Source of the DNA: Lophium mytilinum
Lineage: Eukaryota
Assembly: GCA_010093605.1 (NCBI GenBank)
Contig: MU004186.1
Span: 1,778,616-1,842,615 of the forward strand
Direction: 5' to 3'
DNA: 64,000 nucleotides
Of this stretch, positions 12,298 through 25,098 are shown one piece after another. The notes under the pieces were generated by a model. That model saw only the letters and a program-made list of their open reading frames with translations, had not been told where the DNA came from and did not search any database. Each line of letters begins with the position of its first letter. The stretch's first letter is position 1. Both the position numbers and the translations under genes were made by a program.

Positions 12298-13748
12298 GGT
12301 ATTCGCTTCCATTGAAGGTTGGAAATATCCTCATTCTACAAAGGGGCTATATAATAGGTAATACAGTGTCTTATCATGAATATCTGTACACTTTCCTGCC
12401 ACTGTTCGGGAGGATCCCACAAATTAGTAGTATATAAATACCAGGGTTAGTTACTAAGGCTCCAGGAGAACCATAAAAATGAGATTCATCTATCAGGTAG
12501 AGTACACAGTCTCATAGTGTCATCTATTCGTCAAAGCTTCGATGGCAAAGTCTTGCCTTGAAGTCTCAGCAAAGTAACATCACCATTTGTTATTTCTATT
12601 CCACAGTCTCGGTTTACAGTCTGGAGAGCCATGTAGAGACTAAGTCCCAAGTATGAACCTGGAGCAGCGAATACACTTCCAATCTGCGTACACCTTGCTA
12701 GCGCTATCTGGAGTAGCCTCTCTAAGTTGCTATTAGTCTAGAATGCCGAACTTTCTCTCATTTGGAATGCGTACCCCACTACGGGACCGTCCACGCAGCG
12801 GCAATTGAGTATGCGGGTTTTCATAACGAGGCATTGTACGTAGAACATCCTGATGTGCATACAAGCCCTTTTCTCCGTTGAAAAGCTTGAGTTGCTCATA
12901 GTCCGCGGCCTGAGCTATACTAGAGCGAGAGCATCCTGAGTTAGGACTGAGTAGCTCTTTAAAACCCCTTAAGTTAGGCCCAGTATTCGATAGGCAAGGC
13001 TAAGACCGAGGTCTTTAACCTGCCTGAAAGGCCTATTTCCAGGTCTATAGGCATGCTAGGTTCTAGTTTTAGGGCCCTAACGCTTAGTTACACTTAACCT
13101 CTAATAGAAAAAGGTCGGGACATAGTGCAGCAAGCTACCACCAGCTGCCAGGCCGTGGTAGCCTTATCGAAGCCGCATTGCAGTACTGTACATTGCGGAA
13201 ACCTGCCGCTGGCTGCGGGCCTGGACTCGTACTCGCTAGATAAGAAGCGCAAACCTCGTGCCGCCGCCGCATTTCCTGGGGAAGCTGGGTGACTGTACAC
13301 TATATATACGCCGCACGGATGACAAATCCTGACTAAGATATCTCAAAGCAGTGGAAGCTCCTCACGTTTGTCAGGCCTCTATCGCCAAGTGTAGTTTGCG
13401 TGAGGTGTGCCACGTTACCTCGCGCAAGGAACGCCCGAAAGTTGGTAATTGAATGGTTGAGATGTTGATTCCTAAGGTGGCACTAATCTTGGCACTTACC
13501 GTGCGATTTGCGATTCTTTGCTATCCGATTGTGTGATGCAGCACGTAGACTAGCCACCGCAGGATGTATGCATGATGGAGTTGGGTCGTAGTGGGTGTTG
13601 CGAATATAAGAAGGGTAGGTAGGTGAAGGTAAAGTGGTCACTTCTTTGTTCCGTTCACAGTCAATCAGCCTTCTTCCATCTAGCAAAATAAGTTTTCCAG
13701 TTTCTTGACCACTTCTCAATTCTCGATACCACTCAAGCATAATCCACG

Positions 13749-15017
13749 ATGCCGCACACCCTCGTCACAGGCGCGAACTCCTTCGTTGCCGCGCACATCA
13801 TCAACGAACTCATCGCCCAAGGCCACACCGTAACCGGCAGCGTACGCCGCACCGCTGCCGGCGACGCTCTGCTCGCCGAAAACCCCGAATGGGCGGGCAA
13901 GCTCGACTTCGTAGTCGTTGAGGACTACGCCAAAGACGGCGCCTTCGACGCCATTTTCCAGGCCAAAGACTACGATCACATCGTGCACGTTGCCGCTCCC
14001 TTGTTTGGTGAAAAGCAAACCGACTTCGACAGGGACTTCCTGCGTCCCGGTGTTGACGGCAATTTGGTGTTGTTGAAGGGGGCCAAGGCACATGCACCGA
14101 CCCTCAAGTCGGTCGTGATTACTGGGAGTATCAATTCGCTCACGGGCGGTTCTCCGGCGGAGAATGACTCGACGGAGTATACGAATGACTTCTGGAACCC
14201 GGTTACTCCTGAGGTTGCCCGCGAGAGTGGGGACCAGTATGTGATGTACCAGTCCAGTAAGAAGGAGGGGGAGCTGGCTGTATGGGAGTTTGTGAAGAAC
14301 GAGAAGCCGCAATTTAGCGTAAGTCGTATACCTCTAAATACCCATACTTCGTAAACACACCCCAAGGAGACATTGAGTGCTTGCAGACACAGCAGGGCTT
14401 GGTGGGGTTCAGGCGGTCCAACTGCCCTCCGCATAGACGTGCTTGACCACCCTGCGGAGTCTCCTTGGAGATTATAGCAATGGAGCCTACTCACTTGCCA
14501 GGATTTATTACGTAAGATCTGACAATCTTGACAGGTCACCGTCCTCCTCCCATCCCTCATCTTCGGCCCCCCACTACAACCACTACCCGATCTCAAACAC
14601 ATCAACTTCTCCGTCGGCGTCGTCTACAACTTCTTCAACGGCACCTTCATTGAGACCCCTCAGACGCACGCAGCGGGCCTGTTCCCCTCCTACATCGACG
14701 CCCGCGACCTCGCTACCGCTCACGTGCGCGCTCTCACCACCCCGGGTGCAGCCAACAAGCGATTCTTGGTTGGCGGGGCGGAGCTCACGTCCACCTTGAT
14801 TGTGGAGACGCTGAGGGGGTTGGTCGAGAAGGGCGAATTGCCAGAGTTGAAAGGACGCTTGCCGAAGAATACTGGGAAGGATACTGACCTCTCGCTTGCG
14901 AGGATTGGCGTCAAGGAAGGGAATGACGTTTTGGGGTTGAGTTTCAGGAGCGCGGAGGAGACGTTTGGGGACTTGGCGAAGAAGGTATTGGAGTTGGAAA
15001 AGAAGGAGGGGAAGTGA
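13749..15017 (+). CDS. NAD(P)-dependent epimerase/dehydratase-family aldehyde reductase (Gre2/DFR-like extended SDR), 2 exons
   Basis: LVTGANSFVAAHI Rossmann motif, HIVHVAAP and YQSSKKEGE (YxxxK). Intron 14319-14534 joins QFS|VTVLLPSLIFGP...YIDARDLATAHVRAL; TGA at 15015-15017. Confidence 0.88.
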
Positions 15018-15810
15018 TGGCAGGATGAGAGGAGGCTTGCGGAAAGGACGAGACTTGAGTTTCTACTAATTATTAGCGATTCGACATGTTTGATATTAAT
15101 GAAAAACTGTCTTTTTAAAAGTGTGTACTTTCATTAGCCACCGATCAAGGCCGCCCCACAAGCTTACTGATTCTTCTAATCAACAAAGTTTGGAGCTTGA
15201 AGGATGCATCGGGGTTAAGAGGGACGATCTGTCCACGTGGTGTAGTGAGGATAGTGGCGAGGGTGAATTACATGGTAATGGATGAGGTTCTGCAACCGAT
15301 GAGTGGTTGAAATTGCGAAAGGGAAAAGCTGGAGGATTCTAGGGGAGCTAACACATTCGTTTGACCTTGCACTGAGCCCCTAGTTTTACGGACTGAATGG
15401 CTTGCGGAACGGATACCGGATCAGCTGCTTTGTTTCGTGTCTGAACCTGACTAGCAAAGTGAGTATTGACGTTAGCTATCTCGACATCAATCACCAAAAT
15501 TCCGAGGGTGTAGCCCATCAGGACCCAAGAAGAAAGAGTTCCAATTCGATGCCTTATAATACAGCCCGCATGCAAGGTGAGGCCCCTTGCCCATTCCAGC
15601 TAAACCCCATCCGTTTCTGCTCGAGAATATCTCAAAAATCAACTTTTCCCACTCCGGAAAACAGCGCTGTCGGACCCAAGGAGAATTGTGTTTGGAATGG
15701 TTTGGTCGGGGTTTGAGTGAGACGGGGATGTAAACCAGCGATTGTGCGCCGCTGCAGGGCGCAGCTGGATACCTCAAAAATGTCGGATTTCCATTTGGTG
15801 ATGTTTGCGT

Positions 15811-16610
15811 CTATGAGGAGAATTTCTTCATGACTTTTGCGATGACTGGGGGGATTTGTGTTAGCAGATGAATACATAACCCCCCGGAAATGGTTTGAAC
15901 GTACCATGTAGCGCCACGACACTGAAAATGAAGACGACGGAAAGTGTCATCACGACGACCGGGTCGACCTTTAGGCCGGGAGATTCATCGGTGTAGAGTC
16001 CTACATATACACACCACGATTAGCGCGTATCCTTATGTGGCTATGGTCTTTGAGTGCATGACTCGCAACCCGTTCCAGGCTTATGGACCCCTAAGTGAAT
16101 TCTTCATCTCCAACCCCTTCAGACCGCAACATTGGATGGGAACGGTGTACTCACGCAACATCGTCGAGCTGCTTCCACCCGCGCCCGCAGCCCTCGTGCT
16201 GCTAGGTCTCAGATTCGCGGTCTTCTCCGCGCGGTCCTGCGCCGCCTTTCTCCGCATCACGGTCGCGGGGCCGCCAGGGGGTCGGGGAGAGACGGTGCGC
16301 GCGGTAGAGGAGCCGGTGGAGGGAGGGTTGGTGGGGGACTGGGGGCGTGGCGAAGACTGTGTGAGTGAATGATGTTAGCTTACGGATTGCGGAGTTTATG
16401 AGGTGGGCTTAAAGGGGACTGAAGCATGGCATCACTGTCGAGACAACGCGCCTATTCGAGGAGAGGAATTCGGTGTGGCTGCGATTTGTAGCGAAGCAAT
16501 TGAGCTGATGGGTAGGGTGGGCGCGCTGGATGGTTGGGTTCAGGAGCTCGATGGCAGTGCTCAATTGTCGCAGTGTGCCCTGCTGTGGAGTGAGGAAAGA
16601 GGCTTACCAT
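15811..16610 (-). CDS. SBH1: Protein translocon Sec61 beta subunit, 4 exons (first coding exon is just ATG)
   Basis: Exons 16610-16608, 16356-16155, 16000-15905 and a final exon ending at TAG 15811. Product M-SSPRPQSP...RAAGAGGSSSTMLRLYTDESPGLKVDPVVVMTLSVVFIFSVVALHVIAKVMKKFSS, with the diagnostic Sec61-beta C-terminus. Not in the ORF track. Confidence 0.93.
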
Positions 16611-17898
16611 GATGGATAATGTGTCGTAGAAAGTCGAGAAGCTAGAATCGGTAGAGGTAGAGGGAGAGGAGCGGAGTTTATGTTGTCGGGGATGGTGCTG
16701 GGGATGGAAGCGTGGTGTTGAGGACACGCTTCTAGAAACTTAATGAACAAGGTTTAGCCTCGCCTAAATCCGAGCCGCATTTTTGTGGAAGGTGCATAAA
16801 GCCCACAGAAAGAAAGACAAATTCATACGACTGCTGTGTAACGTAACGATTATATTCTACTAGGTCTCTACACCCATCTTTGACTTTCGTAGCTTCTTAG
16901 CTACAGGAAAATCCAATATATGGTCTCATATCATTGATAAAGATACCACACCGAATGAAAGAATATCAAAGCAACCCTCAGCTTCCAAAACGAAACACTT
17001 CAAAGACTAGATGTAGCCCGAGCAGTACCCGTATATCACAAGCTTCAGAGCGTAATTGAGAAGGAACGGATATGGTGACTAGCACCTCGGATGTCACTTT
17101 CTCACCCCAAAGCAGACGAAAGTCACGTGCGCTCAGGGGTCATCATCAACAGGCAAAATGCTGGCTCTCTGAAGTAAGCTCCCGTTAGTAAATACGACGC
17201 CTAAGGCATCCTCACATGCACCAGTGTTTCAAGTTCGATTAAGTCATAGAGATCACCGCAAGCATGAGGAGCCTCAAACTCGCAAAACACCATTTTTTTC
17301 ATTATCCCAGATCGCAACCACCACCCGGTCCATGTACAATTCCCTGTGTTAACGAGAGACCTAGAGAGATATTCAGAGCCCCCATCTGTCTTCCCTAAAA
17401 GCAACCCGACCCGACCCCAAAAGTTACAAAGCCCAAAAAAAGCACTCAGACACCCCTGAACTACCCGAAACCCTGAAAACATGGCAGATCCCAAATAAAT
17501 GAACCCAGCCAACCCTGAACAAGAAAGCAAAGCAATAGCTACTCCCCGAATTGCCCGTGTACACATTTAAGACCCCAGATATCCCCACGAGGAATAGAAG
17601 AAACCCGCCAAAAGTTCCCAGCCCCAGCGCGAGGGACAGATAGAGAGAGAGCACGACGCATGCCCGCCCATGTAGACCCCCGAGGGAAGATGCAACGAAC
17701 GCATGCCGACACATGCAGAGAGGAAAGAATAGGCCCCGTGTTTCCCAGGATGACTTTTTGCACCGACCGACCGGACCAGACCATTTGTTTGATTTCCCCC
17801 AGCCCCAACCAAGACCGACACAGTAATGCCCGGGACACCTTGAATGCAGAAACTCCGGATTGTGCATCGATCAAACTCCACCAAAACATCACACTTTT

Positions 17899-19413
17899 CT
17901 AGCCCCAAACGGAGGCTTGGACACCCAGGGTGTTCTTGGAGGGTCCCCAGACGCCGCTGTTGCTTCCCCAGCCAAGACCAACACCCTTGTCTGCCACGCT
18001 GGACGACGGGTTCGACGAAGCAGACGAGTTATGATCGTTGCTGTTATTCTGCTGCTCACTGGCGTTGTACGAGTAGCTCAAAGGAGAAGGGAGAGGGGTG
18101 GTGGATCGCTTGCTCAGGGGAGCACCAGGGGGCGGTGCCTGGTTCTGAGTAGGGCGCGTGCCAATTGGAGCGACACCTGAGGTGGCCTTTGCGCCTTGGC
18201 GGGGTGGTGATCCGCCAGGGGACGAGTTGGATGTGCGGCTGGACTGCTGCGCATTCTCGAACAGGCTGAACGAGTTATTGGGTTGAGAAGAGGATGGCGA
18301 GGAGTTGCTAGTGGCACGTTCCTGCTGCGCTCCTGCGCTAGCATCCTTGCTCGACATCTGCTCCCGAGATGGCATCTGGACCGAGCCCTCACCAGATGCG
18401 CTCTGGGACTGCATGCCGAAGGGGTCAAAAGCCAATGGAGAGGCACCGCGGCCGGCAGAGCTGGTCGCGACTCGAGCGTCCTGGCTGGAGGTACGGGTAC
18501 CCTCAGGTCCGTACAGGGTGGAGCCGTCGCCGTAAAGAGCACGATGTTGGCGGGCAATGAGCTCACGACGGTCCTCTTCACTCATCGCATTTGGACTCAT
18601 GGATCGATCGGATTTCGCACCAGAAACGTCTGCATGTACACCTGAACCGTTAACCAACAATCCTTTTACATTTATTGCCCAGATTCAGAGTCCTTACTCC
18701 TGTGGTACTGTTGCTCCTGATGATAATTTCGCAATTCCCGCTCCCGCTGAGCCGCCATCCTCCGCTTAGCCTGGGCCATCTGATCGGCGTCGTTGGGACG
18801 AGGGGCGAAGCGCTGGTTCGCATAGTAGCCCTGAAGGTTGGACGCGGAGTGCGATCGGATACCGTCGTATTCGCTCACGGAGTGGTGGCGCTGGGGTCCG
18901 CCTGGGGGAGGTCAGTGTCCATTGAAAGGTTCGAGGGGTTTGGAGATATATCTTACCATATTCGGAGTAAGGACGTCCTGGGGTAACGGGCATGGAGTCC
19001 CGACGACCAGGTCCAGGAGTGCCGACACCGAAGGACTTTCCGCTCTTCGCGAGGTTCTCGGCAGCACGGTCGACCTCTGTATCAATTGATCAGCTACCAT
19101 GACATGAATTGACTCGTGGCAATTAGAGATTGACAATGACTTCCCGCAGGCGAGCCACCAATCTTTTGATTCACGTATTGGACAGGTGGAAGGTTGTAGG
19201 CGACAACAATTGACATACCTTCGAATTGGGCGCTGAAGGCAACGATCTCGTCCCTGTTTACGGTTGAACTGGCACCTATGGATTGTTACTATACGCCCGA
19301 GTGTATGCGATGCAGCCAATGGACGTACCCGAGCGCGAGGGCGGTGGCTGCTGCTGTTCCCACGAGGCCTGTCGGCCCGGCGCAGGCCAAGAGGCATTAT
19401 CGTAATAGGACAT
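17899..19413 (-). CDS. Low-complexity S/Q/P-rich protein of unknown function, 5 exons
   Basis: ATG in GCCACCATG context at 19413. Four GT-AG introns join MSYYDNASW...AFSAQFEEVDRAAENLAKSGK...MAAQRERELRNYHQEQQY...MSEEDRRELIARQHRALYG...GVQASVWG* in one frame. Confidence 0.8.
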
Positions 19414-21850
19414 GGTGGCACGACGGGAGACGGATGAGGAAGACGGCGGCCGAAGTGTGGGCTCGGAGGAAAGATATTAGGTTGAGGCGACGAGCGGCCG
19501 GGGGTGAAGCGGCGAAAAGGGAGCCTGCAGGGGACAGGCAGCAGTTAGCGATGCAGGCGGTACAAAGGCAGACAATGAATGAGCGGCAGTGGCTTGGTGA
19601 CAGTGTGGAGAGCAGGACCCGGGCGAGTGGTGGAAAAGATTTTTGTTGCGCCAGAAGACGGCACGGCGGAGGTTGGCAGATGACAGCGACGTACCTCGGA
19701 ATCTCTTGGGCACGACGGGTGAAGGAGTGACCAGTCTACAAGTCTGCTGGGACCGCAGAGGAGAGAGAGGCGACAGCGAGGCTGAGGGCAAGGAGAGTGG
19801 GTTGGAGAGGGACGAGAGACTCGATGCGAAGTTTGAAAGGAGAGCGGATATCCGTATAATGTCCCGAGCTCATTTCGTTCTCTGCCGCTACGATCGCTTA
19901 CGGGCCTTTGCAACGGGGAGCCTGCACGCCATTCTACTACTGTGCGCCGTCCGTTGGGCTGCTTGAGCCGAGAAGCGCGATGTCTATGTAATTGCTATCT
20001 GATGTCTTTGCTGCTCAACTCGGCCTCAAACACTGCGCTGATACCGCAGTAAACACGACTCCAGATTGGCGGGCGATGCCGCTGTTCCACGGCACTCATG
20101 ACATGCTCCACCCACTTGGTCCACGGCGCGCAGACTCGCAGACCTCTGGTGGTGGTGGATGGATGCGGGTCGTTTTAGCGATGGATATGCTCCACCGGCC
20201 GTCCAGGGAAGGTCGTAGTCGTCGCAACGGCGCGATGCCGGCCGCCTCCTTTCGCGTGGACCAAGGACCGCCGAGCTCACGATGGCGAAATGAAGCCGCG
20301 ACCGGTGCATCTCGCGCGCCTCTCCGCTGCTGCATTGTGACTGCACTCGGCGCTCTGGATACAAGGCCATGATGGGGTTGCCCGAGCTGGTGGGTGCCGC
20401 TGGCCTCAGGATAGCGCGCCAAAAACCTCATGCTCATGCAACCCACCCCACCTCGACTTGATCCCTGTCGACGTTGGAGCTGCGTGAGCGGGTGGGAGAT
20501 TCAAGCCACCACGCACAAGGCCGCAATCCTGCCAGTGCACCACACCATCTCCTCGTGCGCGTTGCGTGGGCCACTGCTATCTCCCGCCTCTTCCTCCTGC
20601 CCGATGAACACAACCGGGCAGCTTCATCGCCTGCTCAGTCGGCACAGAGACAGCGGGGTACTCAACCACCACGCCGGCGTTCGAGATGCAGATATTCATT
20701 ACCAACACCACAAGCTCTCCGCTAGCCTTAGTGCCCGCCTATCACCACTCTCCCGCGCCTAACGGGCAACGATCAGACACAATTTCCTGGCAAAGTCGGC
20801 ATCGGGACGGCCTGGGGTGCGGAGACGATGCAGCCGCCACTGTCACTCGTTGCCAGCGGCACAGCGGTTGGGGCGCTAAACAGAACATGGCCGGGGAGAG
20901 GTTTGCTTCTTTGGCACTGCACGCCGAAGCCAAGCCCTCGTCGACCACCTGCTGGCCAGTCCGGGGCAACACACTCCGGCTTTGCAGGGGGCGCCTGCGC
21001 GTGCGGATGGCGAACACCTGGTACAAGGCCGTGGCCATCGAAGCGGCCCAGCGACCTGAACGAGTGGTTGATATATGGCTTGGCCGCCTGCTCACGTCAA
21101 CCCAGTGCACTGTATCACTTGGTCACGGTGGATGCACCTGCAACATGCCGGTCAGCCTTGGCTTTAGTGCAGTAATCTAGAAGTAGGTTACAGTCGACGA
21201 AAACAAGATTTCTCTATATGTGCAGTCGTACTGCTGTATCTCTTTCTTTTCGTCATCTGCTGAACAGACATCGTGTATGGATTTCTACATCATTTCACCA
21301 AGCTATCTTTCTTGGCTGAATGCCAAATCCCCTCTGAGTGTCATCGTACAGTGCCTTTGTATCAGTCGTCACGCGCACTCCTAAAAGAAAACTCACCTCT
21401 CACTCTCACCACCAAATAGTCACCATGTAGAAATCAGCAGGCGAGTTCAGGGCTCCCACTGCGCCAGGCCCTTCATACGCAACGTCACCAAATGCTGGAA
21501 GGCTCATCAGCCTGACGGGTCAATCACAGCGTGACCTCGATAAAGATGCACGTACCCGTGCGGTCAAGTTCGAGGCTTGCCTCACATCTCTTTTCTTTGT
21601 GTCAAGGAAATACACATATGACTTGATACTGACCGGCTGCTTGCCTACTGACAACAGCGTCTCCAATAAATAGACACAGAGCCGCCAATACCAAAACGAA
21701 CCCTACTCAAAACCAGCTATCAGAACCACAAACATTTCAACATTAACGCCCACTTCGCACGCATACCTCGACAGCATCCACCTGACCAATCGCCAAAAAC
21801 TCTTCTTCCCACCGCCGCATCTCTCCCGCGCCCACCCTCCATCACCCAAA

Positions 21851-22657
21851 ATGCCCCCCTTCCTCGCCCTCCCCCCGGAACTCCTCCTCGACATCGCCGA
21901 CTACCTCCCCCCAGACGCCATCCTCGCCCTCAAACTCACCCATCCAACCCTCAACACCCTCCTCCCCCCACCACTCCAGAAACGCACCCACCCCCTACCC
22001 CGCTGCGCCCGCCTCGCCTACCTCACCTACCTCCGCCGCCCCTCCCCAACCAGCCTCATCCGCTGCATCCTCTGCAAAGCAACCTACCCGGCCGCCCTCT
22101 TCACCTCGGCCGCCAGCCCCGCCTGCCTCACCGCGCCCTCCTCGGCCTTCCGCAACGAAGTCGTCGAGCTGCCCCCCCGCTTCTGCGCATGGCACGTCTC
22201 GCGGCTGGCGAGAGTCGTGCGGGTAGCCCCGGGGGAGGGGAACGGGTGGACGAGCCGGGTGGAGCGGATGTGCATGCATTGCGGGGCGGTGCAGGCGTGG
22301 CGGAAGTGCGGGTGCGGGTGTGGGAGCTGTGGGGTTAGGGGGGTGCGGACGTATACGCGGTGGTTGGATAATGGGAGGGAGTGTCGGGGGTTTTTGTTTT
22401 GGAGGGAGCAGGGGGCCGAGGATGGAGGGGGTGGTGGAGGGAGGCTGTTTGTGAGGGAGACGTGTTGGAGTTCTGGTAGGTGGAAGTTAGGTATTGGCTT
22501 TGCGCGGATATGGGGTTTGGACGGGCGCTAATGGTGGACAGATAAGTCGGAGGTGGTGTCGTATATCGATGTGCCTGTGGAGTTCGAGGGGGACGACGTG
22601 AGACCTGCGATAGGCGTCGCCGATTCCGGATCCGGGACCCAGGAGGTCAACTGCTAG
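21851..22657 (+). CDS. F-box domain protein with Cys-rich C-terminal region, 2 exons
   Basis: N-terminal FLALPPELLLDIADYLPPDAILALKLT F-box motif; CxxC pairs (CILCK, CMHCG, CGCGCGSCG); intron 22476-22541; TAG at 22655-22657. Confidence 0.75.
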
Positions 22658-22827
22658 GAACGCAACACGGTAGAGTGTGAAGTGTGATATTTCCTTCATT
22701 TCGTCTGTTTCAACAACAATATCCACCACCATCCACCCCGCCAAACAGCGACGGCATTCCAGCGCATCCCTGTCTATAGCTCCACCATTCCCAAATCAGG
22801 TTATTCCATCCTCATACCCACATCACA

Positions 22828-23650
22828 TCATATATCCCTCGTATCCTCCTCCCACCCCATCCCACCCTTCTCTCCCTCCACCTCATCCGCAAACCGCACC
22901 CTCCTCCCCACGGATCCTTTCTCCTCGTCCTCATCCCCCGCGAACCGCACCCGCCGCTTCCCCCCCTTCCGCACCCCCTCAACCTCAAGATACTTCGCGT
23001 ACCCCCGCACCCGCAGCGCACACCACCACTGCACCCCCGTCATCGCCACCACGACTAGCCCGATGATAATTTGTAGCGCCCACAGCCCCGCGCGGCACCG
23101 CTCCGCGGTCCAGAAACCTAGCAGCTCGTCGGCGTCACGGGGCGAGAGGATGGTGCGTTGGTACTCGATGCCGGCGCAGAGGGTGCGCGGGAGGGCGGCG
23201 AAGGCGGGGAGGAGGAGCAGCCGCGGGAGGGTGGAGATGAGGGCGTCGAGGAGGAGGTGGTGGGAGAAGATTGTTGTGAGGGCAGGGGAGCGCTGGTGGG
23301 AGGGATGGCGTCAGCATTTAGTGCATCGGGAGGGAAGGGGGTTGGTTGGTGGGGATGGGGTGGGATGTACCTTTACAGCTCCAACAAACCCCAGGAATGA
23401 TAACGCGGCGGCCCAGATGCAGTAGAGGGAGAAGTTCAGACCGAGGTGGAGCGGGTCGGTGGGGAGATGTTGTAGGGCGATGGCGGAGAGGAGGTGGGTG
23501 GGTAGGGAGAGGGTGCTGAGCACGAGGGTGAGGCGGCTGGAAGGTAGAATGTCAATATAGAGCACAGTGCCGGAAGTTCACGCGAGAGTGTGGGTGCAAG
23601 TATCAACACAAAACGTACCGGCCATGGTCGTCACCGCTCCTCGTCTCCAT
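22828..23650 (-). CDS. Small multi-pass membrane protein of unknown function, 3 exons (start uncertain)
   Basis: Two GT-AG introns join METRSGDDHGR|RLTLVLSTLSLPTHLLSAIAL...FLGFVGAVK|RSPALTTIFSHHLLLDALIS...LWALQIIIGLVVVAMTGVQWWCALRVRGYAKYL...; about 4 hydrophobic segments. Confidence 0.65.
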
Positions 23651-25098
23651 GTGTGCTCTGTGAATCCAATCTCTGCTTTCAAAGCTCCAGTTCGCACTCA
23701 GATCCGTCGTCCCGTGGCTTTCAATCAGTTGGCGGTCGACACCGGGAATCCCTCGGGGCAGCGTTCGACGCTTCGCAGTACGCAGTACGCGGTTACTATC
23801 GTCCTCAAAATCTTCAAAAATCACCAACGCGCAGCGTCTCTTCCTTTCAAACACACAAAAACAGAGAGAGGTAGGTAGCTATGTATGAGGCAGGGAACCA
23901 TCACACTCTCGGGCGCCCTCGGGACTGTTATAAATCAACAAGGCCATGCAGGTGTGACTGGGGGGCCAAAGCTTTTCGCGCAATCAACAAATCATGACCT
24001 CACACGCGTGCATGAGAAAGCAGGGTAGCTGGCGCGGTTGACTCGCTGTCGGCCAATGAGATGGGGAGAGGCAGAGACAAGCTCCCGCTGGGCGCAGAAG
24101 CGATTCCGCGAGCAGCCGGAGGGAGGTGGGGCGGAGATCGGCGGTGTGGGTGGTGACTTGTAGGGTGAATTGTAGGGTGAACAGCGCAGTGCTAGTGCAC
24201 GAGGTGGGCGGTAGTGCAGAGCTTTACTATGGTATCCGGCGTATCTTTTGTATGTGGGGACTGAGGCAACGTCAGCAACAGGGAATTAAAACACAGACCA
24301 ATACAAGGGTTTTCACCAATCGACTCTTCAGCATTTACCTTACCGCGCAGCCGTGCGCTTACCGAGATGAAAACGCCACAGTCTCCACATACAAAAGATA
24401 CGCCGGATACCATAGTAAGGGTTTAGAGGTGTGCAGAGATTTGCGAGAGACATGGTTGAAGGGATTGGAATGCGCTATAAGAGCTGGAGGGGTTGGAGGA
24501 GCGCAGAGGAAGCATGGATGAGAGTGGTGTTCAGGCCTCCTCTCTCGTGCGAGATGTGACCCAACACTCGGAACATTCGGCAAGGCTGGATGCCACCGTT
24601 GGCCTTCCGCGGCCCTAGCTCCGCTTTCAATACATATCAATAAAGCACGCTCGCCCTTCGTCACGCGATCCGGAGAGCCCTATTCTATCTTTGTGTGCAT
24701 CACGCTGAGATCGTCGATTCATGCTCCAGGGAGATGCAAATGTTGGGAAATGGGTTCCATCGTCGTGTCACGAGAGGTCCGGGGCGGGAGTTTACCAGGT
24801 ATAACATATGCAGTGCCGAATGCCGATGCAGGTCATCGGCGATGGCTCAAGGATGTATCGACACATCGACATGTTCATTGGGATATCGGATGTCTACTTG
24901 GGGTCCTGGAGGTAGAGTCGGAGCGACATCACCTGCGCATATCTTCATAAGATCTTTCACCCTCATCGCCTTTCATACAAACACACGTTAACTGAACGTA
25001 GATACTCTCGAGATCTATAGTGTCTTAGAAAGACAATATTAACAAGTACTCCAGCAAGAAAAAGAAATTGTGTCCCCTATGAACGTCCGATTCTCGAC

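Noticed and set aside
11245..15017. Two tandem reductases as part of a secondary-metabolite cluster
   Set aside because: No PKS, NRPS, terpene synthase or cluster regulator nearby; flanked by housekeeping genes.
19450..21200. Many 80-165 aa ORFs on both strands
   Set aside because: GC-rich upstream region with overlapping ORFs, no coherent splice model and no motif.
24159..24181. TTGTAGGGTGAA direct repeat, two copies
   Set aside because: Too short to interpret; not the TTAGGG telomere unit.
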